This document shows, piece after piece, positions 1 to 9,093 of a DNA stretch of 46,080 bases. The stretch lies in the NCBI GenBank assembly GCA_001784725.1, contig MFRX01000009.1, positions 22,335-68,414 of the forward strand, read 5' to 3'. How positions within the stretch are numbered: position 1 is the first letter of the stretch; each line of letters begins with the position of its first letter. The notes under the pieces were generated by a model. It was not told the origin of the DNA. It saw only the letters and a program-made list of their open reading frames with translations, and did not search any database. The position numbers and the translations under genes were made by a program. This DNA comes from Candidatus Moranbacteria bacterium RIFCSPHIGHO2_02_FULL_40_12b. GTDB lineage: Bacteria; Patescibacteriota; Minisyncoccia; Moranbacterales; 2-12-FULL-40-10.

Positions 1-65
1 TGGTGGACAGGTATGAAAAAGCTTATCATAAAATTTTAAACAAATAAAATATCAAATACAAAAAT

Positions 66-1112
66 ATGAAGATAGCAATACTGTCTCCATTTGAGGAGAA
101 AGTTCCACCCGTAAAGTATGGCGGAACGGAGCTGGTCGTATACAACTTAATAGAACAGCTAGTTGGTATGGGCCATGACGTGACATTATTTGGAACCGGT
201 GATTCAAAAACAAGCGCCAAGCTTGAAGCTGTTTTTGATGAATCAATAAGAAACCTTCCGGAATGCCAGGACGCGAAAATGAGAGAAATATATAAATATA
301 TAGGCGTAGGAAGAGTTATTTCCAGCTTGAATAAAGAAAAATTTGATATAGTCCATAATCATATCGGTTGGAGGGTATTGCCCTATAGAGAATTAATTAA
401 GATCCCTATTATTACAACATTACATGGTCCGCTGGATGCTTCTTATGCGCAGAAAACATTCGGAACTTATAAAGACGCTAATTATGTCAGTATTAGCTAC
501 AATCAGAGAAAACCAATGCCGGAATTAAATTACATTTCCAATGTTTATAATGGTATTGACATTAAAAAATTTAAATATTTTCCAAAAGCGGAAGAATATT
601 TTGCTTTTCTAGGGAGAATGTCTCCGGAAAAGGGACCGGTTCAGGCAATTCAAATAGCAAAAAAAGCTGGCGTGAAGCTTATGATGGCGGCAAAAGTGGA
701 TGCTTCCGACAGAGAATATTTCGAAAAAAATGTCAAACCCATGATTAACGGTGAGCAAATAAAATTTATCGGAGAAATAGGCCATGAAGAAAAAGTTGAA
801 CTCCTTGGCAATGCGAGAGCATTACTGGCTCCGATCCAATGGGAGGAGCCATTCGGGCTTTTTTTTGTTGAAGCCATGATTTGCGGAACGCCGGTCATCA
901 CGATGCGAAGGGGTTCCGCGCCCGAAATTATTGTTGATAAGAAAACCGGATTCATCTGTGATAATGTGGACGAAGCCGCAAGCAGGACTAAAGAACTCGA
1001 TAAAATCAATCGCCTGGATTGCCACGAACATGTGAAGAAAAATTTTTCAGCGGAAAAGATGGCGGAAAATTATGTTGCCGCTTACCGGAAAATCCTGAAA
1101 TCGGCGGGCTAA
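66..1112 (+). CDS. Glycosyltransferase, GT4 family (GT-B fold)
   Basis: 348-aa ORF. N-terminal KYGGTE motif and C-terminal EPFGLFFVEAMICGTPVI (EX7E-type GT4 signature). Confidence 0.85.
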   Translation: MKIAILSPFEEKVPPVKYGGTELVVYNLIEQLVGMGHDVTLFGTGDSKTSAKLEAVFDESIRNLPECQDAKMREIYKYIGVGRVISSLNKEKFDIVHNHIGWRVLPYRELIKIPIITTLHGPLDASYAQKTFGTYKDANYVSISYNQRKPMPELNYISNVYNGIDIKKFKYFPKAEEYFAFLGRMSPEKGPVQAIQIAKKAGVKLMMAAKVDASDREYFEKNVKPMINGEQIKFIGEIGHEEKVELLGNARALLAPIQWEEPFGLFFVEAMICGTPVITMRRGSAPEIIVDKKTGFICDNVDEAASRTKELDKINRLDCHEHVKKNFSAEKMAENYVAAYRKILKSAG

Positions 1113-1139
1113 ATTTATCGGCGTAAAAATTTTTGAAAA

Positions 1140-3827
1140 ATGGAAAAAATCTACCACACGCTTACCGCAGAGGAAACTATAGAAAACTTGAGCTCCAGTG
1201 CAGGCGGTTTAAGCGAGAAGGAGGCAAGAAATCGCTTGTCGCGTTATGGATTGAATAAACTTCCAGAAAAAAAACCGGAGGGCTTTTTTTTGATTTTTCT
1301 CCGTCAGTTTCAAAGTCCGCTTATCTACATACTACTTTTGGCTATGGTTATTGTGTTCGCCACCGGGGAAAACGCGGATGGGCTGGTTATTTTATTTGTT
1401 ATCGTTTTCAATTCCATTGTCGGCGCGGTTCAGGAAGGAAGAGCGAAGAACACCATGTTAGCGCTAAAAAAATTCATTCAGACCAATGCGACAGTGTTAA
1501 GAGACGGAAAAGAAATCATAATTGCGGATGAAGAAGTGGTTCCCGGTGATATTTTGATTATCCAAGAAGGAGAAAAAATTCCGGCTGACGCCAGAGTTAT
1601 TCGTTCTAATAGTTTCAGGGTTGATGAGTCAACTCTCACGGGAGAATCAATTTACAAATACAAAATCACAAGCGCCATCCAGAATATAAATACTCCGATT
1701 GCCGATCAAAGTAACATTATTTTTCGGGGAACTGGCGCGATAGGAGGCAATGGCAGGGCGGTGGTTATCGCCACCGGCTCCAATACGTATATCGGAAGAA
1801 TAACGGAAAAAATCGCCGAAATTGAAAGCGAAATCCCTTTAAAAAAGGAAGTTGCAAGATTATCCAAAATTATTATGGCAGTGGTCTTTGCCATAGTTTT
1901 AATGTTATCTGTTTTAGGTTCGCTTTATAATTTTGACTGGCGGGAGATATTTAAGACCGCTGTGGCAATTTCGATTTCTGTCATTCCGGAAGGACTGCCA
2001 ATCGTCATGACTTTAGTTTTGGCAACCGGAGTACGGAGGATGAGCAGAAAGAATGTACTGGTAAAAAAGTTGCAGGCGGTGGAAGCGCTGGGGCAGGCAA
2101 AAGTAATCGCAGTGGATAAAACCGGCACGTTAACAAAGAATGAACTTTCGGTTGAAAAAGTTTTTGTCAACGGCAGATTTTTTGAGATCAGCGGGCTCGG
2201 ATATGAACCCAAGGGAGATGTTTATTTGAAAGGAAAGGCGGTGAACGCGTCAAATTACAAAGAGTTATTGCTAATGGGAAAAATAAGCGAGTTTTGCTGC
2301 AACGCCCGATTGGCCTTTTCTGAAAGCTTGAGTAAATGGCAGGTTTTCGGAGATCCCACGGAAGCCGCTATGCTTGTTTTTTCTGAAAAATTGGGATTCC
2401 GCAGGGAAATATCGGAAGACGAGTCGCCACGGATCGCGGAAATCCCATTTGACTATAAAAACAAAATTCACGCCACTCTGAATCAGGAAGAGAAAATTAA
2501 TTTTTTATCGGTTGCCGGAGCTCCCGAAAACGTTTTGGCGCTATGCGATAAAATAGAGATAGGAATAAAGTCCCACGTCCTTGATGATGAAAAAAGAGAG
2601 GAATTGGAAAAAATATTTGCTTCAATGTCGAGAAAAGGATTAAGAATCATCGCGCTTGCAATGACCAAGGTATCCGAAAAAAATATAGATGTTGATAATC
2701 TTTCACCCCTTGTTTTTGTCGGTTTTTTAGGCATGAAAGATGTCCTTCGGGAAGATGCCAGAAACGCTGTTCTGCGCACTCGCTTGGCAGGCATTAAAGT
2801 TGTAATGATAACGGGGGATCACAGAATAACGGCGGAAGCGGTTGCTAGAGAAGCAGGAATAATTTATTCATCCAATTCAAGCAGAGTAATAACGGGGAAA
2901 GAAATCGAAAAAGCAAGCATAAAAGAACTCGCGGAAATATTGCCTGAAGTCAGCATTTTTGCCAGAGTCAATCCGGAACACAAGATGAAAATAATTGAGG
3001 CCTACAAAGAGCGGGGAGAAATAATCGCGATGACCGGAGACGGGGTTAATGACGCCCTTTCATTAGTCGCCGCCGATCTCGGCGTAGCGATGGGGAAAAG
3101 CGGGACGGAGGTGGCTAAGGAGGCCTCGGACATTGTTCTTTTAGACGATAATTTTGGAAACATAGTTTTCGGCGTGGAAGAGGGCAGGAATATATATAAG
3201 ACGATTAAAAAAGTAATATTATATTTATTTTCAACCAGTATTGGCGAGGTCCTGACAATTATCGGAGCGATCTTTATCGGATATCCTTTGCCTATTTTGG
3301 CGGTTCAGATAGTTTGGCTCAATCTGATTACGGACGGTTTTTTAGATGTGGCTTTGGCGATGGAACCGAAAGAAGACGGATTGCTGAAAGAAAATTCTTT
3401 AGGAAACAAAAGAAGGTTGGTTGATAAATTAATGATTAAAAGAATGTTTTTAATGGCTTTGCCAATGATGCTGGGAACTCTTGCGCTTTTCGGCAGCTAT
3501 TTTAAAGAGGACTTAACCAAGGCATGGACTATTTCTCTGACTTTGTTGGCGATCTTCCAATGGTTCAACGCTTGGAATTGCCGTTCCGAGTTCCAATCAA
3601 TCTTCCGAATGAAATTTTTTTCTAATAGATATTTAATTCTCGCCACGCTTATTGTCATAACATTGCAAATTTTGGCTATTTATGCTCCGGCGCTTCAGAA
3701 AATTTTACATACTGTGCCGCTAAAATTGTCGGACTGGCTCATTCTCATACCCGTTGGCTTTTCGATTATTTTAGTCGAAGAAGCCAGAAAATTAATTCAT
3801 AGAAAATTTAGCAAATATATTCTATAA
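1140..3827 (+). CDS. P-type cation-transporting ATPase (type II, Ca2+/Mg2+-like)
   Basis: 895-aa ORF with the phosphorylation motif DKTGTLT, TGES, the hinge MTGDGVNDALSL and multiple TM segments. Confidence 0.95.
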   Translation: MEKIYHTLTAEETIENLSSSAGGLSEKEARNRLSRYGLNKLPEKKPEGFFLIFLRQFQSPLIYILLLAMVIVFATGENADGLVILFVIVFNSIVGAVQEGRAKNTMLALKKFIQTNATVLRDGKEIIIADEEVVPGDILIIQEGEKIPADARVIRSNSFRVDESTLTGESIYKYKITSAIQNINTPIADQSNIIFRGTGAIGGNGRAVVIATGSNTYIGRITEKIAEIESEIPLKKEVARLSKIIMAVVFAIVLMLSVLGSLYNFDWREIFKTAVAISISVIPEGLPIVMTLVLATGVRRMSRKNVLVKKLQAVEALGQAKVIAVDKTGTLTKNELSVEKVFVNGRFFEISGLGYEPKGDVYLKGKAVNASNYKELLLMGKISEFCCNARLAFSESLSKWQVFGDPTEAAMLVFSEKLGFRREISEDESPRIAEIPFDYKNKIHATLNQEEKINFLSVAGAPENVLALCDKIEIGIKSHVLDDEKREELEKIFASMSRKGLRIIALAMTKVSEKNIDVDNLSPLVFVGFLGMKDVLREDARNAVLRTRLAGIKVVMITGDHRITAEAVAREAGIIYSSNSSRVITGKEIEKASIKELAEILPEVSIFARVNPEHKMKIIEAYKERGEIIAMTGDGVNDALSLVAADLGVAMGKSGTEVAKEASDIVLLDDNFGNIVFGVEEGRNIYKTIKKVILYLFSTSIGEVLTIIGAIFIGYPLPILAVQIVWLNLITDGFLDVALAMEPKEDGLLKENSLGNKRRLVDKLMIKRMFLMALPMMLGTLALFGSYFKEDLTKAWTISLTLLAIFQWFNAWNCRSEFQSIFRMKFFSNRYLILATLIVITLQILAIYAPALQKILHTVPLKLSDWLILIPVGFSIILVEEARKLIHRKFSKYIL

Positions 3828-3834
3828 TAACCAG

Positions 3835-4764
3835 ATGATTAAATTAGAAAAAAATATTTCACTTTCTAATTACACGACTTTCCGCATCGGTGGGCCGGCG
3901 AAGTTTTTTATTGAAGTTAAAAATGAAGAGGAATTATTGGAAGCGCTGGATTACGCCAAAAAAAATAATTTGGATTTTTTTATCCTGGGCGGTGGCAGTA
4001 ATTTATTGGTGAGTGATAAAGGTTTTGACGGGTTAGTTATTAAAATGCATAATTCATCATTCCTAATTCATAATTCATCTTTAGAATGCGGCGCTGGCGT
4101 TCCCTTGGCTAAAGCGGTAAGAGAATCTGTAAACAGCGGATTGACCGGCCTTGAATGGGCAGCAGGGATTCCGGGAACGGTCGGAGGGGCGGTGCGTGGC
4201 AATGCGGGAGCATTTGGCGGCAACGCATCTGATGTGGTAAAAAAAGTCAGCGTGCTGAATACGGAAGAATTAGGAATTAAGAATTATGAATTAAGCGACT
4301 GTAATTTTAAGTACAGGGATAGTGTTTTCAAGCAGAATAAAAATTTAATAATTTTGTCTGCGGTTTTTAAATTACAAAAAGGGAATAAGGAGGAAGGCCG
4401 GAAAAAAATCCAGGAAATTATAAAAAAAAGAATTTCTGTCCAGCCGCAAGGAATGCCGAGCGCCGGATCTTTTTTCGTCAATCCAGTCGTTAATAATCCG
4501 AAAATTATTGAAGAATTTGAAAAAGAGACAGGGAAAAAAAGCAAAGAAAGTAAAGTGCCGGCGCCGTGGCTTATTGAACAAGCGGATTTGAAGGGAAGAC
4601 AAATCGGCGGAGCAAAGGTGAGCGAGAAGCACGCCAATTATATCGTCAATACTGGCAATGCCACCGCGGAAGATGTTATAATGCTAGCAAGCATTATAAA
4701 ACAGCAGGTGAGGGATAAATTTGGGGTGGAGCTGAAAGAGGAAGTGCAGTATTTAGGATTTTGA
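3835..4764 (+). CDS. murB: UDP-N-acetylenolpyruvoylglucosamine reductase
   Basis: 309 aa. FAD-binding N-terminus (NYTTFRIGGPAKFF, ILGGGSNLLVSD), GLTGLEWAAGIPGTVGGAVRGNAGAFG core, and a C-terminal GGAKVSEKHANYIVN motif typical of MurB. Confidence 0.9.
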   Translation: MIKLEKNISLSNYTTFRIGGPAKFFIEVKNEEELLEALDYAKKNNLDFFILGGGSNLLVSDKGFDGLVIKMHNSSFLIHNSSLECGAGVPLAKAVRESVNSGLTGLEWAAGIPGTVGGAVRGNAGAFGGNASDVVKKVSVLNTEELGIKNYELSDCNFKYRDSVFKQNKNLIILSAVFKLQKGNKEEGRKKIQEIIKKRISVQPQGMPSAGSFFVNPVVNNPKIIEEFEKETGKKSKESKVPAPWLIEQADLKGRQIGGAKVSEKHANYIVNTGNATAEDVIMLASIIKQQVRDKFGVELKEEVQYLGF

Positions 4765-4767
4765 TTT

Positions 4768-4851
4768 CTTTACGAATTACGAATTTAGTACGAATATACG
4801 AATATCTTGATGATAAATTAGTATATTCGTAAGTGATTTGTAATTAGTAAA
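4768..4851. repeat. Heptamer-based palindromic intergenic element (TACGAAT class), copy upstream of hpf
   Basis: Left arm tttacgaattacgaatttagtacgaatatacgaat. It is answered by the right arm agtatattcgta...gtaattagtaa. Near-identical to the copy at 20443..20524. Confidence 0.8.
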
Positions 4852-4863
4852 CATCAACTAAGT

Positions 4864-5232
4864 ATGACTATAGAAAATATGTCCAATATGCGCCTGTTTT
4901 TCAAGGGCTTGAAAATTGACGAACGGACGGAAAATTACATCCGCAAACGGCTGGCGACGATTGAAAAAATACTGCACAAAATCCTTCGCGTGGAAGTGGA
5001 AATTGATCTGGATAAAAAAGGGAAATTCCGGGTGGAAGTGATGGTTAAAACGCCGTACAATCTCTATCGGGCGGAAAACACGACTTCCAGCATTGAAGGT
5101 TCAATTGATACGGTAGAAGACGAGCTAAAGAACCAGATCAGAAAAGACAAGGAAAAAATGAGGGACTTGAGAAAAAGAGGAAGAAGATCGATAAAAAAGA
5201 GAGTTGTAATTGATGAAAACGCGCGGTTTTAA
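4864..5232 (+). CDS. hpf: Ribosome hibernation promoting factor / RaiA family (short form)
   Basis: 122 aa. Matches the HPF pattern: I-x-G-x-x-I-D-x-x-T-x-x-Y-I-x-K-R-L, VEVEIDLDK...FRVEVMV, and LYRAE...SIEGSIDTVEDELKNQIRK. The true start may be an internal Met near 4888. Confidence 0.8.
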   Translation: MTIENMSNMRLFFKGLKIDERTENYIRKRLATIEKILHKILRVEVEIDLDKKGKFRVEVMVKTPYNLYRAENTTSSIEGSIDTVEDELKNQIRKDKEKMRDLRKRGRRSIKKRVVIDENARF

Positions 5233-5344
5233 AAATAAAGATAAAATCCTTTCCACTTTCAAATTTATAAACTGATTATTTTACAGTGTGTTATATGAAA
5301 ACCTCTCTTTGACTAAGGGGGATTTTTTTTGTAGAATAACTAAA

Positions 5345-5421
5345 GGAATTATGAATCAGGAATTACGAATTAAGGGTATTTTTTTGTTTTCCATAATTCA
5401 TAATTCTTTATTCATTATTCG
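5345..5421. repeat. Heptamer-based palindromic intergenic element (GAATTAT/CATAATT class), upstream of secA
   Basis: ggaattatgaatcaggaattacgaattaag faces ccataattcataattctttattcattattcg as an inverted repeat. Confidence 0.7.
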
Positions 5422-5426
5422 AACAA

Positions 5427-8096
5427 ATGTCCATTTTCAAAAAAATCTTCGGTTCCAATGAAAGGGAAATCGCGAAAATGCGGCCGATCGTGGAGAAAAT
5501 AAATTCACTCGGGCCGGCAATCGCCAGACACTCCGATGAAGAGCTGAAGAATAAGACAACTGAATTTAAAGAATTATTAAAAAATGGCAAGTCGCTGGAT
5601 GAAATACTGCCGGAGGCCTTTGCGGTAGTTCGGGAAGCGGCCGACCGGGTGATAAACGAGCGCCATTTTGACGTTCAGCTTTTAGGCGGGATAATCCTTC
5701 ATCAGGGAAAAATCGCCGAGATGAAAACCGGAGAGGGCAAGACCCTGACTTCGACGCTGGCTTTATATCTCAACGCACTGGAAGGAAAAGGCGCCCATGT
5801 TGTCACTGTCAATGATTATCTGGCTAAAAGGGACTGCAACTGGATGGGCGCGATTTTTCATTTCCTCGGAATTTCCACGGCCTGCATCATCCATGACGCG
5901 TCGTATATTTACGAACCGAAAATTGTTGACAGCGACGAAGTGAGCGTGGAAATGGAAAATCTAAAGCTGGTGAGCAGGAAAGACGCCTATAACGCCGACA
6001 TCACTTACGGCACTAACAATGAATTCGGATTTGATTATCTGCGGGACAATATGGTGCAGGATTTGGGACAAATGAGCCAAAGGGAATTGAATTATGCCAT
6101 TGTTGACGAAGTGGACTCTATTCTCATTGATGAAGCGCGCACCCCACTCATTATTTCCGCGCCGGACACCGAATCAACCAAAATGTATCAAAAATTCGCC
6201 CAGATAATTCCGCGCCTCAAGGAAAAGGACGACTATGAAATTGACGAAAAAATGAAAGCGGTTACGCTCACTGACGATGGAATAAATAAAGTAGAACAGA
6301 TTCTGGGAATGGGTAATTTATATGAGCCGGGAAAGATAAATTATGTTCACCACTTGGAGCAGTCGCTTAAAGCCGAGGTTCTTTTTAAGCGCGACAGGGA
6401 CTATGTCGTGAAGGACGATCAGGTGATTATCGTTGACGATTTCACGGGCCGGCTGATGCAGGGACGGCGCTACAGCGAAGGGCTTCACCAGGCGATTGAA
6501 GCCAAGGAAGGCGTGCAGGTGCAAAGAGAATCAAGAACATTAGCCACTATAACTTTCCAGAATTATTTCCGGATGTACAAGAAACTTTCGGGAATGACCG
6601 GCACGGCGATTACCAGCGCGGAGGAATTTGCCAAAGTGTATAAACTGGATGTTACTGAAATTCCAACCAATAAGCCGATGATAAGAATTAATCACCCCGA
6701 CATGATTTACAAGACGGAAGAAGGAAAGTTCAATGCGATTGTTGAAAGAATAAAAGAAATAAACAAGGCCGGCCAGCCAATCCTGGTCGGAACGATTGCC
6801 ATTGAAAAATCGGAATATTTAAGCGCTTTGCTTTCAAGGGAAGGGGTGAATCACGAAGTTCTTAACGCCAAACAGCATGAAAAAGAAGCGGTGATTGTCG
6901 CTGAAGCCGGGCATAAAAACTCCGTGACAATCGCTACCAATATGGCGGGAAGAGGAACGGATATAAAATTGGGAGAAGGAGTGCGGGAACTAGGCGGACT
7001 TTTTATTTTAGGCACTGAACGGCATGAAGCGCGCCGCATTGACAATCAATTGCGGGGACGCGCCGGACGGCAAGGGGATTCCGGAATGTCGCAATTCTTT
7101 GTTTCCCTTGAAGACGAACTGATGAGGAGATTTGGGGGGGATAAGCTCAAAAATATGATGGATACCCTCGGCCTTCCCGAGGACCAGCCGATCCAGAATA
7201 AAATAATTTCCAAGACCATTGAAAGCGCCCAGTCCAAGATAGAAGGTTTTAATTTTGACATCCGGAAACATGTTCTGGAATACGACGATGTGATGAATAA
7301 GCAAAGGGAAGTGATATACAAAAAAAGGAAGGAAATACTTGGAAAGGAAGATATTAAAAATAATATAACTGATGACGCCAAAGACGAAATGGAAAAAATT
7401 GTCTCGCTTCATTGCATTGACGAAGAAGTCAATTGGGATATTGATTGCGTTTTCAATGAGGCGAATAATATATTTCCAATTAAGGAAGAAGCCAGGAATA
7501 ATTTTGAAACAATCCGCGGCGATAAGTCAAAAAATGAAATTGAGAAAAAAGGCGCGATGCTGGATTATCTGGTGGATCTGATGAAACAGGCCTATAACCA
7601 AAAAGAAGCGGAGATTAGTCCGGAAAATATGAGGCGCGTTGAAAAATTAGTCGCGCTCCAAACGATTGACAATTACTGGATGAATCATTTGGACGAAATC
7701 GATTATATCAGGCAGGGAATAGGGCTCCGCGGTTATGGCCAGAGGGATCCTTTGGTGGAATATAAACGGGAGGCCTTTGATATGTTTTCACACCTGGTCG
7801 CAAATATCCAATCGGCGATAGTGCGGACGATGTTCAGGATTTCAATGGTTCCGGCTGGAACGCAAAAAACGCAGGAGCAGGAAAAAAATATGCAATTCAA
7901 AGGGGCGGATGAAAGCATCGGGCAATTCGGCGGAAAAAATAATATAAAGCCGTCTGAATCTGGCGAAAGTGAAGAAATAAAACAAAAGCCGATTATCAAT
8001 AAAGATAAAGTCGGCCGCAATGATCCCTGTCCGTGCGGAAAAACTGATCCAAATACTGGTAAGTCAATTAAATATAAAAAATGTTGCGGGAAATAA
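5427..8096 (+). CDS. secA: Preprotein translocase ATPase SecA
   Basis: 889 aa. Contains MKTGEGKTL (Walker A), VDEVDSILIDEARTPLIIS, TNMAGRGTDIKLG, and a C-terminal zinc finger CPCG...KKCCG. Confidence 0.97.
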   Translation: MSIFKKIFGSNEREIAKMRPIVEKINSLGPAIARHSDEELKNKTTEFKELLKNGKSLDEILPEAFAVVREAADRVINERHFDVQLLGGIILHQGKIAEMKTGEGKTLTSTLALYLNALEGKGAHVVTVNDYLAKRDCNWMGAIFHFLGISTACIIHDASYIYEPKIVDSDEVSVEMENLKLVSRKDAYNADITYGTNNEFGFDYLRDNMVQDLGQMSQRELNYAIVDEVDSILIDEARTPLIISAPDTESTKMYQKFAQIIPRLKEKDDYEIDEKMKAVTLTDDGINKVEQILGMGNLYEPGKINYVHHLEQSLKAEVLFKRDRDYVVKDDQVIIVDDFTGRLMQGRRYSEGLHQAIEAKEGVQVQRESRTLATITFQNYFRMYKKLSGMTGTAITSAEEFAKVYKLDVTEIPTNKPMIRINHPDMIYKTEEGKFNAIVERIKEINKAGQPILVGTIAIEKSEYLSALLSREGVNHEVLNAKQHEKEAVIVAEAGHKNSVTIATNMAGRGTDIKLGEGVRELGGLFILGTERHEARRIDNQLRGRAGRQGDSGMSQFFVSLEDELMRRFGGDKLKNMMDTLGLPEDQPIQNKIISKTIESAQSKIEGFNFDIRKHVLEYDDVMNKQREVIYKKRKEILGKEDIKNNITDDAKDEMEKIVSLHCIDEEVNWDIDCVFNEANNIFPIKEEARNNFETIRGDKSKNEIEKKGAMLDYLVDLMKQAYNQKEAEISPENMRRVEKLVALQTIDNYWMNHLDEIDYIRQGIGLRGYGQRDPLVEYKREAFDMFSHLVANIQSAIVRTMFRISMVPAGTQKTQEQEKNMQFKGADESIGQFGGKNNIKPSESGESEEIKQKPIINKDKVGRNDPCPCGKTDPNTGKSIKYKKCCGK

Positions 8097-8275
8097 AAAA
8101 TCCCGGGACCGGAGTAATCAGAGTGCTTTGCAAACTAACTACTCCGCCGGGGGCCTAATTGCGCCTTTCTGTATTCATACGGCAAGGCAGGTATGATAAG
8201 CTTGGCCAACAGCTTATCGCAATATTATTATCTTAGAATTTATATATAGCCCTGTCAATAAATACAAAAAATGCC

Positions 8276-8737
8276 ATGGGAAGTAAGAAAATAATGACTC
8301 TTTGCATAATTCATCAGGGAAATAAAATTCTTTTAGGAATGAAGAAAAGGGGTTTTGGAAAAGGACGGTATAATGGATTCGGCGGGAAAGTTCATGACGG
8401 CGAAAGTGTGGAAGAGGCGGCTAAAAGGGAACTAATTGAAGAAGCCGGAATCAGATGTAAAGAGCTGGATTTAATCGGCGTGCTTGAATTTTCGTGGACA
8501 AATAAACCGGAAATTTTGGAAGTGCATATTTTTAAAGCCGAAAAAATTGAGGGCGAACCGACTGAAAGCGAAGAAATGAAACCGGAATGGTTCCATATTG
8601 ATGAAATACCCTTCCATTCCATGTGGTCGGACGATCCCCACTGGTTTCCGCTTTTTTTGGAAAACAAAAAATTCAAAGGTAATTTTGTTTTTGACGATTC
8701 TGATAAGATGGTTCAATATAATTTAGAAGAAATTTAA
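8276..8737 (+). CDS. Nudix hydrolase (MutT/MTH1-like)
   Basis: 153 aa with the Nudix box GGKVHDGESVEEAAKRELIEEAGI. Confidence 0.85.
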   Translation: MGSKKIMTLCIIHQGNKILLGMKKRGFGKGRYNGFGGKVHDGESVEEAAKRELIEEAGIRCKELDLIGVLEFSWTNKPEILEVHIFKAEKIEGEPTESEEMKPEWFHIDEIPFHSMWSDDPHWFPLFLENKKFKGNFVFDDSDKMVQYNLEEI

Positions 8738-8777
8738 CATATAACACAACTGTTCGGCCGAAGGATTGTGTTATATG
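8738..8777 (+). terminator. Hairpin directly after the Nudix stop codon (12-bp perfect stem)
   Basis: catataacacaa (8738..8749) pairs with ttgtgttatatg (8766..8777). There is no clean U-tract, so terminator function is tentative. Confidence 0.45.
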
Positions 8778-8800
8778 ATATTATATTTAAAGGTAAGCTT

Positions 8801-8857
8801 GCATTATTCATAATTCTTAATTCCAGCAATATGGTTTCTTTTGAAAAATCCGTCGGG
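8801..8857 (+). repeat. Left direct repeat of the island (attL-like)
   Basis: 57 nt repeated at 12809..12879. The right copy carries an extra 14 nt. The 41-nt exact core is TTAATTCCAGCAATATGGTTTCTTTTGAAAAATCCGTCGGG (8817..8857 = 12839..12879). Confidence 0.9.
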
Positions 8858-8881
8858 ATTGTGGTGTTTTGGTTAATATAA
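8831..8881 (+). pseudogene. Duplicated 5' fragment of the Nudix gene at 12853 (16 codons, then stop)
   Basis: The first nine codons (ATG GTT TCT TTT GAA AAA TCC GTC GGG) are identical to those of the intact gene at 12853. The sequence then diverges and reaches TAA at 8879..8881. Confidence 0.7.
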
Positions 8882-8921
8882 CTAAAAAATGGCTTAAATA
8901 AAGCATAAAGTCGAAACCTTC

Positions 8922-8950
8922 TTGACTTTTTTGTTTTTGCGTGCTAGTTT
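8922..8950 (+). promoter_or_regulatory. Putative sigma70-type promoter of the island's first gene
   Basis: TTGACT, a 17-nt spacer, then TAGTTT. The spacer and -35 closely resemble the promoter at 30546..30574. Confidence 0.45.
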
Positions 8951-9021
8951 GTCAGGTTCCTTATATTTTTAAATTGGAAAGTTCTTTGATTTTATGCGCG
9001 AGGAGGAGGTGAAAATATTTC

Positions 9022-9058
9022 GTGCGGTATTCTAAGGGGCGGGAGTTTCACTTCTGCC
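9022..9058 (+). repeat. Hairpin module U0 (GTGCGGT word plus GGGGCGGGAG/CTTCTGCC hairpin)
   Basis: 8-bp stem 9038..9045 / 9051..9058, including two G-T (G-U) pairs that are only valid on the + strand. Followed by CTGCCA. Lies about 35 nt upstream of the 9094 start. Confidence 0.6.
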
Positions 9059-9093
9059 ACGGAAAATAATCTTGAATTTTTTAGGAGGTAAAA

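Noticed and set aside
8097-8275. Possible SRP (4.5S) RNA or other small RNA downstream of secA, because of CAAGGCAGG at about 8184..8192 and two hairpins (8103..8153, 8203..8226)
   Set aside because: The SRP domain IV hallmarks (GGAA tetraloop, AGCAG/GGAAG symmetric loop) are absent. The hairpins are adequately explained as secA terminator structures.
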